DNA of 11,296 nt from a candidate division WOR-3 bacterium (GTDB lineage: Bacteria; Hydrothermota; UBA3072; B12-G15), in assembly GCA_965649055.1 (NCBI GenBank), contig CBFGJG010000058.1, positions 1-11,296 of the forward strand, read 5' to 3'. Under the pieces are notes generated by a model. It worked only from the letters and a program-made list of their open reading frames with translations. It made no database searches and was not told the origin of the DNA. Made by a program: the position numbers and the translations under genes. This document shows, piece by piece, positions 1 through 7,582 of this stretch (positions are counted from its first letter, which is position 1; every line of letters begins with the position of its first letter).

Positions 1-52
1 TTTTTGCAGATATATTTAATATTATGATGAGAAATTTAAAAAATAGTAATTA

Positions 53-81
53 TTGACAAAATAAATATAATTTATTATTAT
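53..81 (+). promoter_or_regulatory. Putative sigma70-type promoter for the hsdM fragment
   Basis: TTGACA (53-58), 17-nt spacer, TATTAT (76-81), 14 nt before the ATG at 96. Confidence 0.55.
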
Positions 82-169
82 TTTTGTGAATAAATATGAA
101 AGAGAAAGATTTGAATTTTGAGGATAAACTCTGGAAAGGGGCTGATAAATTAAGGAAAAAGATAGAAGT

Positions 170-346
170 TCACGAGTATAAATATGTTATTTTAGGATTA
201 ATATTTTTAAGATATCTTTCCTTTTCTTTTGAAGAAAAAAAGAGAAAAATTATTGGCGAAAAACCCGAAACATCAAGGACATGTTCTATTTCTTCCTTTG
301 TCCATGTATCAAATGTGATCAAATGCTTATTTTTAAAATCCATCAT
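170..346 (-). pseudogene. 5' fragment of an ornithine/aspartate carbamoyltransferase-family gene (not in the ORF track)
   Basis: Minus strand reads AGGAGG (356-351) TTTT ATG ATG (346, 343), translating as (M)MDFKNKHLITFDTWTKEEIEHVLDVS. This resembles the OTCase/ATCase-family N-terminus (K.HL.T..D/W.T.EEI..VLD.A). After ~26 codons it runs into antisense hsdM sequence and stops at TGA 172-170. Carbamoyltransferases (YgeW type) are usual neighbours of ygeY/ssnA. Confidence 0.7.
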
Positions 347-356
347 AAAACCTCCT
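345..356. repeat. 12-bp direct repeat copy 1 (ATAAAACCTCCT; AGGAGGTTTTAT on minus)
   Basis: Identical to 7585-7596. Here it forms the SD and part of the first start codon of the carbamoyltransferase fragment. Confidence 0.85.
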
Positions 357-358
357 GT

Positions 359-1012
359 TTAAATTAAGTATTTCTCAAATTCTTTTAAATTTTTAATAAA
401 AAATTCCTTTACTTCATTCCATTTTACAGGAATAAGTGTATCTAACTCTGGTTCTATCTCAGCATCATCAAAATAAACAAGGCTTTTCAATATATGGAAG
501 TAATTTATATTATAACCTTCAAAACGTTTTTTAAGAATCTTTATACCATCTTTTATACTTATTTTTTTTAGTTTAAATGAAAAATAGATATCATAGAAAT
601 CTTTTCTGCTTCCTCTTTGTGATAATGTTTTAAACTTTTCCGCTAATATATCTCTCCAATCTGCAACAAATATTTTTTTAAACTTAATTTTTTTGAACCT
701 TAATGGAACTTCGTAATATAGAAAAGAAACCTTAACATTATTTATTTCACAATGGAGTGTGCGTGTAAAAACAGAATTTTCTTTGTAATTTTTGTATTTA
801 TGTTGGAGATATATTGAAATTTTTTCTGGTTTAAAATGTTTAATTGTAAAAAAATCAAGATCAATGGAACGTCTATGTCCTAATTGCAATGAAAGTCCTG
901 TTCCTCCACCAAGATAGAAATCTAATTTTTCTATCTCATCGTTTAAATCTTCAATAATACTATATAATTCTTTTGAAATACAATTTGGATATAAATTATT
1001 AACTGATTTCAT
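359..1012 (-). CDS. AbiEii/AbiGii-family (DUF1814-like) nucleotidyltransferase, putative toxin
   Basis: 217 aa with FYLGGGTGLSLQLGHRRSIDLDFF (GGT...R.S.D.D Pol-beta-type NTase motif) and K...RGSRKDFYDIY motif. The start overlaps the upstream small gene by 14 nt. Confidence 0.9.
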   Translation of the reverse strand: MKSVNNLYPNCISKELYSIIEDLNDEIEKLDFYLGGGTGLSLQLGHRRSIDLDFFTIKHFKPEKISIYLQHKYKNYKENSVFTRTLHCEINNVKVSFLYYEVPLRFKKIKFKKIFVADWRDILAEKFKTLSQRGSRKDFYDIYFSFKLKKISIKDGIKILKKRFEGYNINYFHILKSLVYFDDAEIEPELDTLIPVKWNEVKEFFIKNLKEFEKYLI

Positions 1013-1241
1013 AGTATAACTTTAAGAAATTTAATGTCTTTTTGTCTAAATATCTATTGTTTTTTATAATACTTTTAATCTCATTATCGGAGAATTCCTT
1101 CTTTAACCATTTAATTGCCCTTTCATCTCCAAAATTCAAGATACGGGAAATCACAAATTTTGAATGAATCTTCAAATCAATTTTTTCGATCTTAACATCC
1201 CAGAAAAGATGTATTAAATATTTTGGGATTTTTTTACTCAT
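999..1241 (-). CDS. DUF6922-like small protein, putative antitoxin
   Basis: 80 aa with LFWDV...IDL..H..FVI.RILNFGD signature, typical of small genes directly upstream of AbiEii-type NTases; overlaps the toxin start. Confidence 0.8.
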   Translation of the reverse strand: MSKKIPKYLIHLFWDVKIEKIDLKIHSKFVISRILNFGDERAIKWLKKEFSDNEIKSIIKNNRYLDKKTLNFLKLYYEIS

Positions 1242-1247
1242 AGAAGC

Positions 1248-1275
1248 ATTTTACCTTAATTATTTTCCAAGTCAA
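1248..1275 (-). promoter_or_regulatory. Putative promoter of the TA operon (leaderless-type)
   Basis: TTGACT (1275-1270), 16-nt spacer, TAAAAT (1253-1248), then 6 nt to the ATG at 1241; no room for an SD between -10 and ATG. Confidence 0.55.
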
Positions 1276-1761
1276 GTTATAAATCAAAGTTCATACACTT
1301 GGTGGACATTTAAGATTCCATAATTAAATAGCACTTTTTAATTTTCAACCTTTACAATTTATACTATTCTATTACAAAATTTAATAACTGTGATCACCAA
1401 ATCTCAATTCGGTGTAAAAAAGATGAAATTCCAATAAGTTAGCAATACAAGCCTGTTAACTTTCTTTATGATAAAAATTAAAAAAGTCATTTCGGGATTT
1501 GTGAACGTTTAAATAAATTCTATAATCAATACGTAGTAATCTGTTTTTTAATTTAAAAGTCAGATGTAATATATCTAAAAGGTATATTTATTTCTCTTTT
1601 GCTTATTTATTAATTTTACAATATTTTTAAAGTTTTTAAGAAAAGTTAATGAAAGTATAGTACACGCAATAATGAGTATTCTTTCATCTGTATTCAAAAT
1701 GAATAATGTCCAAAAACCTGCGGCAAATTATGTTCTTGATGTAGTTTTTTATTTTACGCTA

Positions 1762-4749
1762 TTACTTGACAAGAGACTTTATTTTATCAGCAAAATCATT
1801 AAAATTGTCAAACCAGTATTGTCTGTAATTATCTAAAATCCCTGCAATTCCTTGCCTCGGTTTGAGCAATAGTTTTACATTTATAACAAATCCATTGTAT
1901 GAAAAATCCCTGCTCTGTTTTTTCCCACAAAGATCGATTTCAAATATCCTTGAAAAGCCGTCAATTTTTCTGTACCCATCTACATGTTCTGTCCCTTTCG
2001 GATCAACAAACAAAATCAAATAATTTTTGTCTTTTTGTGCCCAAAATATAAAATCTGGCTTGAATTTAGCAATCATATTGTCTTTTGGACTGTAGTAAGG
2101 AATAAAAACTTCATCCATCGTTTGGTCAATTTTTGAAAACATCCACCAGTCAAATTGTGAAAAAATATTTCCTGGTTGAGCAAGATATTCTTCCAGTTGT
2201 TCAATAAATCGCACTTCACTATCAACATTGATAATATGATTTAGATAATCAATTTTTTCTGTCTCTGAAACTATCACCGGAAGGTAGTAATGATTAGCCA
2301 AATACTTGATTTTGATTCTTTGGTTTTTGATTTCGTATTTTCCAGCTTCTTCAAATAACTTTAATTGTTTTCCATATTCTTCGGGGGGGATTTTCCCATA
2401 ATTGTTTTGTAATTCTTTTCTCTTTTCTGGATATTGCTTTATAAAATCAATCTTCTTTCTGATTTCTTCGTATTTTTCGCCATCGCTAAATCTAACCTTT
2501 TTGAAATGCACAATTTCGTTTTCTAGTTTCTTGAATTTCTCAAATTCTTTGCTCTTGACTCCCAGATAATTAAAAATTCGGTTAAGAATTAACTCTGGCG
2601 CAAAAAGCGAATCCCTCTCGCCAAAGTCAAAATATCGCTCTTGGTCTATAAAACTTTCTTTCGCTTTCTTCAAAACTTTTACTTCACAATCGTATTTAGT
2701 TAAAGCGATTTTATCTCCTAAAAAGTCATAAAATTGTTTTGTCTGCTCAAAATCTTGTTGACTAATAAAATATTTTTGGATATTTTTCTCCTCAGCAAAA
2801 ATTCTATCGGAATTCTTATAAACTGGCACCAAAAGAAGATGCCTCTCAGCTTCTGGATTTAGTATAAACGCTTCGCCTAAATCTCTATCCTGTCTTTCGG
2901 CCCTTAAAGTAGCGATTATCTCTTTTAAGTTTTGCGCATTTGTTCCAAAAACAAACAAGCTCTCAATCGGCAAAATCAGATTCTGAATTTTCTCAAATAT
3001 ACTTTTTTCTACTACTTTTGCGTTAAATAGATTCTGAAGCCGCCTTCTTTGGTGTTTTTGCGGTTCTATTCTGACTCCTCTGCCAACCGATTGAAGAACG
3101 AATTTTTTAGCATCGCTTCCAACTCCAATATTTACGAATAAAACAATATTGGGTCTGTTAGAGTCCCAACCCTCATAAAAAGAACGAGAACCCATTAAAA
3201 TATTTATATCTGAATCATCTCTATTAATCGCCTTAAAGTAACTCTCATTATCATAACTTTCATTTATTTCATATCCTTCAAGTTTATCTTTAAGCCATCC
3301 AGAGATATCACCTATTTTTATTAGAGCAAACGGTTTTTCAGCAGTCTTGAGTTTAAAAATCAATTCATTTTTGTTGCCAGGAATTTTCAAAACCTCAATA
3401 TTCCCAGAAGTTTCTGCGTTAAAAACATATTTTAAGATATATTCATATTTCAATTCTGAAATTAAATAGACATCTATCAAAATCTCCAATTCTTCAAACT
3501 CAAATTTTGAGTGGTTTATAAACTCCTGGACAAGTTCTTGCTTCACACTACTTAACAAATCTAATCTGATTTCATTTTTGGCAATCTTTTCCAATTCATT
3601 AAAAAACAACTTTAAATCTGCTTCTTTCTTTTTTTCCCTTTTCCCTTTATCTTCTTTCTTACCATAGACTGTATTAACCAGCGTCAAAAGTAGCGGGCGG
3701 TGGTATAGCGAGCCATTAACTTTTCTGATTTTTTCAAAATACTTATTGATATAAGTTAAAAGCAAAAGCGTCTTCAAAACGATTTTTTGTTTTTCAATCG
3801 GCGAAAAGTCGCCTCGCCCGCGAAACGCGCTGATTTCGGCAGAAGATACATAAATGTGTTTGCCGTATCCTTCTTCAACATACCTTGAAAGGTTAAAGTT
3901 AAAAGCACAAGTAGCAAAATCTCTTGGGTCAGTGAAGGTTGCAGAAAAATTAAATAAAAATCCATTTCTTGAAAGTATGGAGTATAAAATCTGCCGTTTG
4001 CTTTCTTCTTTGTCGCCTTTATGGGCTTCGTCTAAAAGAATATACCACTGACCGCTATTATCGTAGTTTTTAAAATTGACAATTTTTTCTTTATGCTCGT
4101 CAGAAATCAAATCAGAACGATAATAAAAAACAGTAATTTCGTTTTTGGCAAATGGCAGGGCGTTTTCCCGCTTGACGCTTTCATAATCTCTCAAACTTTT
4201 AAGGTTTATCTTTGTGTCAAAATTAAAACTGTTAAACTCCTCAACATGATTTTTGAATTGGTCCAAAAGGTCATCGCGGTGCGCCAGAAAAAGTATATCG
4301 TGCTTTGGCAATTCTTTTTCAGCGATGAGTTTGCCTAGAAGCTCAATCAGTTTAACGATAATTAAGGTTTTGCCTGAACCGGTCGCCATCCAAAAACTCA
4401 TTCGGTTTATGAAATGAGCAAATGAGATTTTGTTATCAATAACCGGATAATCTTCAGGATATTCCAAAAGATACTTTGCGGTTTTGCTATCCTGTTTTTT
4501 CTTTAAGTCATAATCAAAATTTTCTTCAAGGCCATTGAGTTTGTAATGTTCAAACAATGCTTTTTTATTAGCATTTTTATCTTTAAAATAAAGCCAAATT
4601 CCCCTTAGAGCATTTCTCAAAGCATTTTGCTGAAAATCAAAAAGCGTCTTATCCTTTGAAAACCGCACAAAGTCAAATCCCTGCCATTTTGCAGGTAGGC
4701 TATCAAAAGGAATGTCGTCTAAAATATCTTGAAGATATAATTTGCTCAT
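1762..4749 (-). CDS. res: Type III restriction endonuclease Res subunit (SF2 helicase/ATPase + PD-(D/E)xK nuclease)
   Basis: 995 aa with Walker A MATGSGKT, LLDEAHK, motif III FSATF, EGWD, QSVGRGVR and C-terminal KPDF...FVDPKG nuclease motif. Starts 1 nt after the mod stop. Confidence 0.92.
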   Translation of the reverse strand: MSKLYLQDILDDIPFDSLPAKWQGFDFVRFSKDKTLFDFQQNALRNALRGIWLYFKDKNANKKALFEHYKLNGLEENFDYDLKKKQDSKTAKYLLEYPEDYPVIDNKISFAHFINRMSFWMATGSGKTLIIVKLIELLGKLIAEKELPKHDILFLAHRDDLLDQFKNHVEEFNSFNFDTKINLKSLRDYESVKRENALPFAKNEITVFYYRSDLISDEHKEKIVNFKNYDNSGQWYILLDEAHKGDKEESKRQILYSILSRNGFLFNFSATFTDPRDFATCAFNFNLSRYVEEGYGKHIYVSSAEISAFRGRGDFSPIEKQKIVLKTLLLLTYINKYFEKIRKVNGSLYHRPLLLTLVNTVYGKKEDKGKREKKKEADLKLFFNELEKIAKNEIRLDLLSSVKQELVQEFINHSKFEFEELEILIDVYLISELKYEYILKYVFNAETSGNIEVLKIPGNKNELIFKLKTAEKPFALIKIGDISGWLKDKLEGYEINESYDNESYFKAINRDDSDINILMGSRSFYEGWDSNRPNIVLFVNIGVGSDAKKFVLQSVGRGVRIEPQKHQRRRLQNLFNAKVVEKSIFEKIQNLILPIESLFVFGTNAQNLKEIIATLRAERQDRDLGEAFILNPEAERHLLLVPVYKNSDRIFAEEKNIQKYFISQQDFEQTKQFYDFLGDKIALTKYDCEVKVLKKAKESFIDQERYFDFGERDSLFAPELILNRIFNYLGVKSKEFEKFKKLENEIVHFKKVRFSDGEKYEEIRKKIDFIKQYPEKRKELQNNYGKIPPEEYGKQLKLFEEAGKYEIKNQRIKIKYLANHYYLPVIVSETEKIDYLNHIINVDSEVRFIEQLEEYLAQPGNIFSQFDWWMFSKIDQTMDEVFIPYYSPKDNMIAKFKPDFIFWAQKDKNYLILFVDPKGTEHVDGYRKIDGFSRIFEIDLCGKKQSRDFSYNGFVINVKLLLKPRQGIAGILDNYRQYWFDNFNDFADKIKSLVK

Positions 4750-4750
4750 A

Positions 4751-7198
4751 TCATTCCCACCAAATTAGGGGCTTAATGAGTTTGTAATCCAAATCTTTGA
4801 TATTGATTTTTGTCCCGTCTTCAAACTCTACATCGCCATCGGTTATTTTCTTAATCCACTTGCCTGTTAGGTTAGATAAAGTTTCGGCTATGTCTATATT
4901 CGGATAGAGTTTTGATAAATCTACTTTGACTTTGTTATTTTCATAATCAATCTCTAACGCTTTAAGCATCTTTTCATCTTTTAAGAAAACATATTCCTGA
5001 TAGGGACTTCTGCCAGGTATATTAAACAAATCTCCATCTTCGTATTTGCAATTCGCCAGCGCTTCCTCGTATTGCTCAAGTTCGTAATATTTGAAAAACC
5101 CGCCGCCTTGATATTCTTTGACTTCTTTTGAAATACCTGATTTATCATAAGCCAAAACCTTTTTCATCCTCGGCAAAACTACGCTATAAAAATGTTCTCC
5201 CATCTCAACGCCAATCCATTTTCTGCCAAGTTTATGGGCAACGGCTGTGGTTGTGCCTGAGCCAAGGAAAAAGTCGAGAATTATTAAATGTTCTTCATAT
5301 TCCATTCCTTCAATTACTCTTTTTAGTAATATCTCCGAATTTTCAGTCGCAAAAAAAGTATTATGGGTTTCATAACTCTTTATATCTGTCCAATTTGTAT
5401 CTAACAATAATTCTGGTTCTTTAAGATATTCTGGCATTCCTCTAACTTCATTGTTCTGTGTATCAATATATGTCCTGCCGGGATTAATTCTTATCCAGCC
5501 TAGTTTTTCGTATTCGGTTATCTTTTGTTGAGATAAACCCCAATGTTGTCCTTTAGGTGGCAACCAAGGTTTACCGAAAAAATATCTAACTTGTAATTCA
5601 TATGTTTTTCTTTGCCCCGGCATATCTAAAGAAATCCATTGTCTGTCTTCTTCTCTAATTTTTCTTTTTGCCCCCTTAAATGATATTTTATTTTTATCCT
5701 TTGCATAAAAGAAAATTGAATCAATTCCTGTTAGATATTGATTAGTTAATCCTTTAGGCACATAACCTCTCTTAACAAAGATTTCATTTCTAAAATTACC
5801 CTTGTCAAAAATCTCATCCATCAAACATCTCACAATCCAGTTTCCATTATAATCGCACCTTACAAAAATGCTTCCTTTTTCATTCAGCCAGTCTTTCGCA
5901 ATTCTTAATCTATTTTCAAGCAATGTTGCCCAATTAGCGTCTTTGTAGTTTGTGCGGTATAAAAACTGGTCAGAAGAATCTAAATTAAACGGCGGATCAA
6001 TATAAATTGTCTGCACTTTCTCTTTGAATTTCGGCAGGATTGTGTTTAATGCCTGATAGTTTTCGCTTTTTATCAGCCAGCCGTCTAAAGATTTATCCAA
6101 GTCCTCAAACTGACTTAAAATCTCAAGCTCTAAATCCTTGAAATACTTTGTATCAATCGGCAAATGTTCATATTTTTTTGATAAATGTTTGCCGGTTAAA
6201 TCGGTTTCAAAAACATCTTTTACTTTAAAATTCTCATCTACTATACCTAACTCCTTCCATTCTTTAATTTGCTCACTGATATTTTTATGATTGAGAATTT
6301 TATCAATAAGTTTTTCATCTTTAATCCTGTCCAATGTAATCACGTAATTTGAATTTTTAACAAACTTCGGCTTGTTCCAAATTTTTACCAGTTCATCTTC
6401 AAACTGCGAAATAAAATCAATAATCTTGAAGGCAATGTCTTTTAGGATTTGTAATTGATTGACTCTATCCGTGCTCCACTCTTTAGCTCCTTCCCAGAAG
6501 TACTGATAACTCCAGAGTTTAAATTGCTCCTGTAAAAATGCTTTTGCGTTTTTATTGATAAAGAAATCAACCTCGCTTTGCTTTTCAAAAACTCTAAAAG
6601 CGCGTTCTAATTGTTCTTCAGAAATGGCAATGCCTTTTCTTTTTATGGCTTTTAATATCTTTTCTGTTTTTGTTTTCGTGCCTTTTTCGGAGTATTGAAT
6701 GCTGAAAACAATGGTTTGGTCTTCTTTGACTTTATCTAACTCAAAAACCAGCGAGCGTTTTTCATTGGCTTTTTTGTTTTCTATTTTTGAAGCATCAAAG
6801 TAAAACTTGAATCCGTCAAACTCAACCGGCAAACTTCTAAAAATCCGGTCAGTTTTGACATAATAAAGCATCTGCGTTTTCCAGAAAAGAATAACATCTT
6901 TATCATCGGTATAAACTTTTTCGTAGACATTATTGTGAAATGGTGTTGAGTTGAAATAGATTGAACCGCTTTCTGTAAAATAACGGCTGAAAAAAGAATA
7001 GAGCTTGTCAAAAAGTTCATCCCTAAATGAAGGGTATTTCTCTAACGCTTTTTCTATATCTTCTTTAAGAAGTTCCTCGATTTTGCGATAGTAATTTGAT
7101 TTTATTCTCATTAAATTAATGAAACCGCCTTGGCCTTCGATCTTGGCGCCTATAAAAACATCTTGTAATGCTTTATAAAATTTTTGTTCTTTAGTCAT
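4751..7198 (-). CDS. mod: Type III RM DNA methyltransferase Mod subunit (beta-class amino-MTase, probably m6A)
   Basis: 815 aa with catalytic IYIDPPFN, then a variable region, then SAM-binding LDFFLGSGTT and WIGVE. GGAGG SD at 7210-7206; coupled to res. Confidence 0.92.
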   Translation of the reverse strand: MTKEQKFYKALQDVFIGAKIEGQGGFINLMRIKSNYYRKIEELLKEDIEKALEKYPSFRDELFDKLYSFFSRYFTESGSIYFNSTPFHNNVYEKVYTDDKDVILFWKTQMLYYVKTDRIFRSLPVEFDGFKFYFDASKIENKKANEKRSLVFELDKVKEDQTIVFSIQYSEKGTKTKTEKILKAIKRKGIAISEEQLERAFRVFEKQSEVDFFINKNAKAFLQEQFKLWSYQYFWEGAKEWSTDRVNQLQILKDIAFKIIDFISQFEDELVKIWNKPKFVKNSNYVITLDRIKDEKLIDKILNHKNISEQIKEWKELGIVDENFKVKDVFETDLTGKHLSKKYEHLPIDTKYFKDLELEILSQFEDLDKSLDGWLIKSENYQALNTILPKFKEKVQTIYIDPPFNLDSSDQFLYRTNYKDANWATLLENRLRIAKDWLNEKGSIFVRCDYNGNWIVRCLMDEIFDKGNFRNEIFVKRGYVPKGLTNQYLTGIDSIFFYAKDKNKISFKGAKRKIREEDRQWISLDMPGQRKTYELQVRYFFGKPWLPPKGQHWGLSQQKITEYEKLGWIRINPGRTYIDTQNNEVRGMPEYLKEPELLLDTNWTDIKSYETHNTFFATENSEILLKRVIEGMEYEEHLIILDFFLGSGTTTAVAHKLGRKWIGVEMGEHFYSVVLPRMKKVLAYDKSGISKEVKEYQGGGFFKYYELEQYEEALANCKYEDGDLFNIPGRSPYQEYVFLKDEKMLKALEIDYENNKVKVDLSKLYPNIDIAETLSNLTGKWIKKITDGDVEFEDGTKINIKDLDYKLIKPLIWWE

Positions 7199-7244
7199 AT
7201 AATTGCCTCCAGATCTCTCTTATTATAAATTTTCTTGTTTTTAA

Positions 7245-7286
7245 GCCTATAAAAAACATCGAGTAAAAATTATAGAAATTTTGTCC
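7245..7286. repeat. Degenerate direct copy of the mod 5' coding sequence (7148-7189)
   Basis: Manual alignment gives 33 matches in 43 columns with two single-base gaps; offset 97 bp. Confidence 0.65.
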
Positions 7287-7307
7287 AACTTTTATTAGAT
7301 AAAAGTT
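7287..7307. promoter_or_regulatory. Perfect inverted repeat AACTTTTAT-TAG-ATAAAAGTT, possible operator upstream of mod
   Basis: 9-bp perfect arms with a 3-nt spacer, ~90 nt upstream of the mod start. Function is inferred only. Confidence 0.4.
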
Positions 7308-7389
7308 ACATAATAGTCTTATTTGTTCCTTTAACAATTTAATTTCACCAAAAATACTTTTGTTCTTGTATTGAATCATTCTACACACA

Positions 7390-7418
7390 ACAATATATTT
7401 ATCATTGAGATTTGTCAA
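7390..7418 (-). promoter_or_regulatory. Putative sigma70 promoter for mod-res
   Basis: TTGACA (7418-7413), 17-nt spacer, TATTGT (7395-7390). Confidence 0.45.
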
Positions 7419-7582
7419 GACCAAAAAACCAATTTAAAATTAGTCTAAAAATGTTAAATATGAATAAATAGGTTAGTTATAAAATTTTAAATTATTCTTC
7501 TTTTTTCCTTTCTTTTTTTATTGATTAAATTTTTCATTAATTTTTCTTTTTGTATGTTGTCTCATCATTTTCCAAAAATTGA

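Larger units (their letters stand above)
96..362 (+). pseudogene. hsdM: Truncated Type I RM methyltransferase (HsdM N-terminal domain fragment)
   Basis: The first ~55 aa (FEDKLWKGADKLRKKIEVHEYKYVILGLIFLRYLSFSFEE) match the HsdM_N pattern LW.AAD.LR...EYK..VLGLIFL.Y.S..FE. Resemblance stops at about nt 255-270 and the rest of the ORF is the antisense of another gene fragment. No catalytic NPPF or SAM-binding motif; full HsdM is ~500 aa. Confidence 0.85.

Noticed and set aside
96..362. 88-aa ORF as an intact functional protein
   Set aside because: Only the first ~55 codons are HsdM-like; the tail is antisense read-through of the carbamoyltransferase fragment.
1303..1712. 8-bp inverted pair TGGACATT (1303-1310) / AATGTCCA (1705-1712) as IS terminal repeats
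   Set aside because: Too short, does not extend cleanly, and no flanking duplication or transposase remnant is seen.
3774..4338. Short ORFs 3774-3965 (-), 3854-4051 (+), 4093-4338 (+)
   Set aside because: Fully nested in or antisense to res, with no recognisable motifs; shadow ORFs.
5128..7020. ORFs 5128-5424 (+) and 6781-7020 (-)
   Set aside because: Nested within mod in other frames; no protein-family features.
7191..7424. 77-aa ORF upstream of mod as a controller (C) protein
   Set aside because: No SD and no HTH pattern, its start overlaps the candidate -35 box, and it runs through the palindrome and degenerate mod copy; better explained as non-coding leader.
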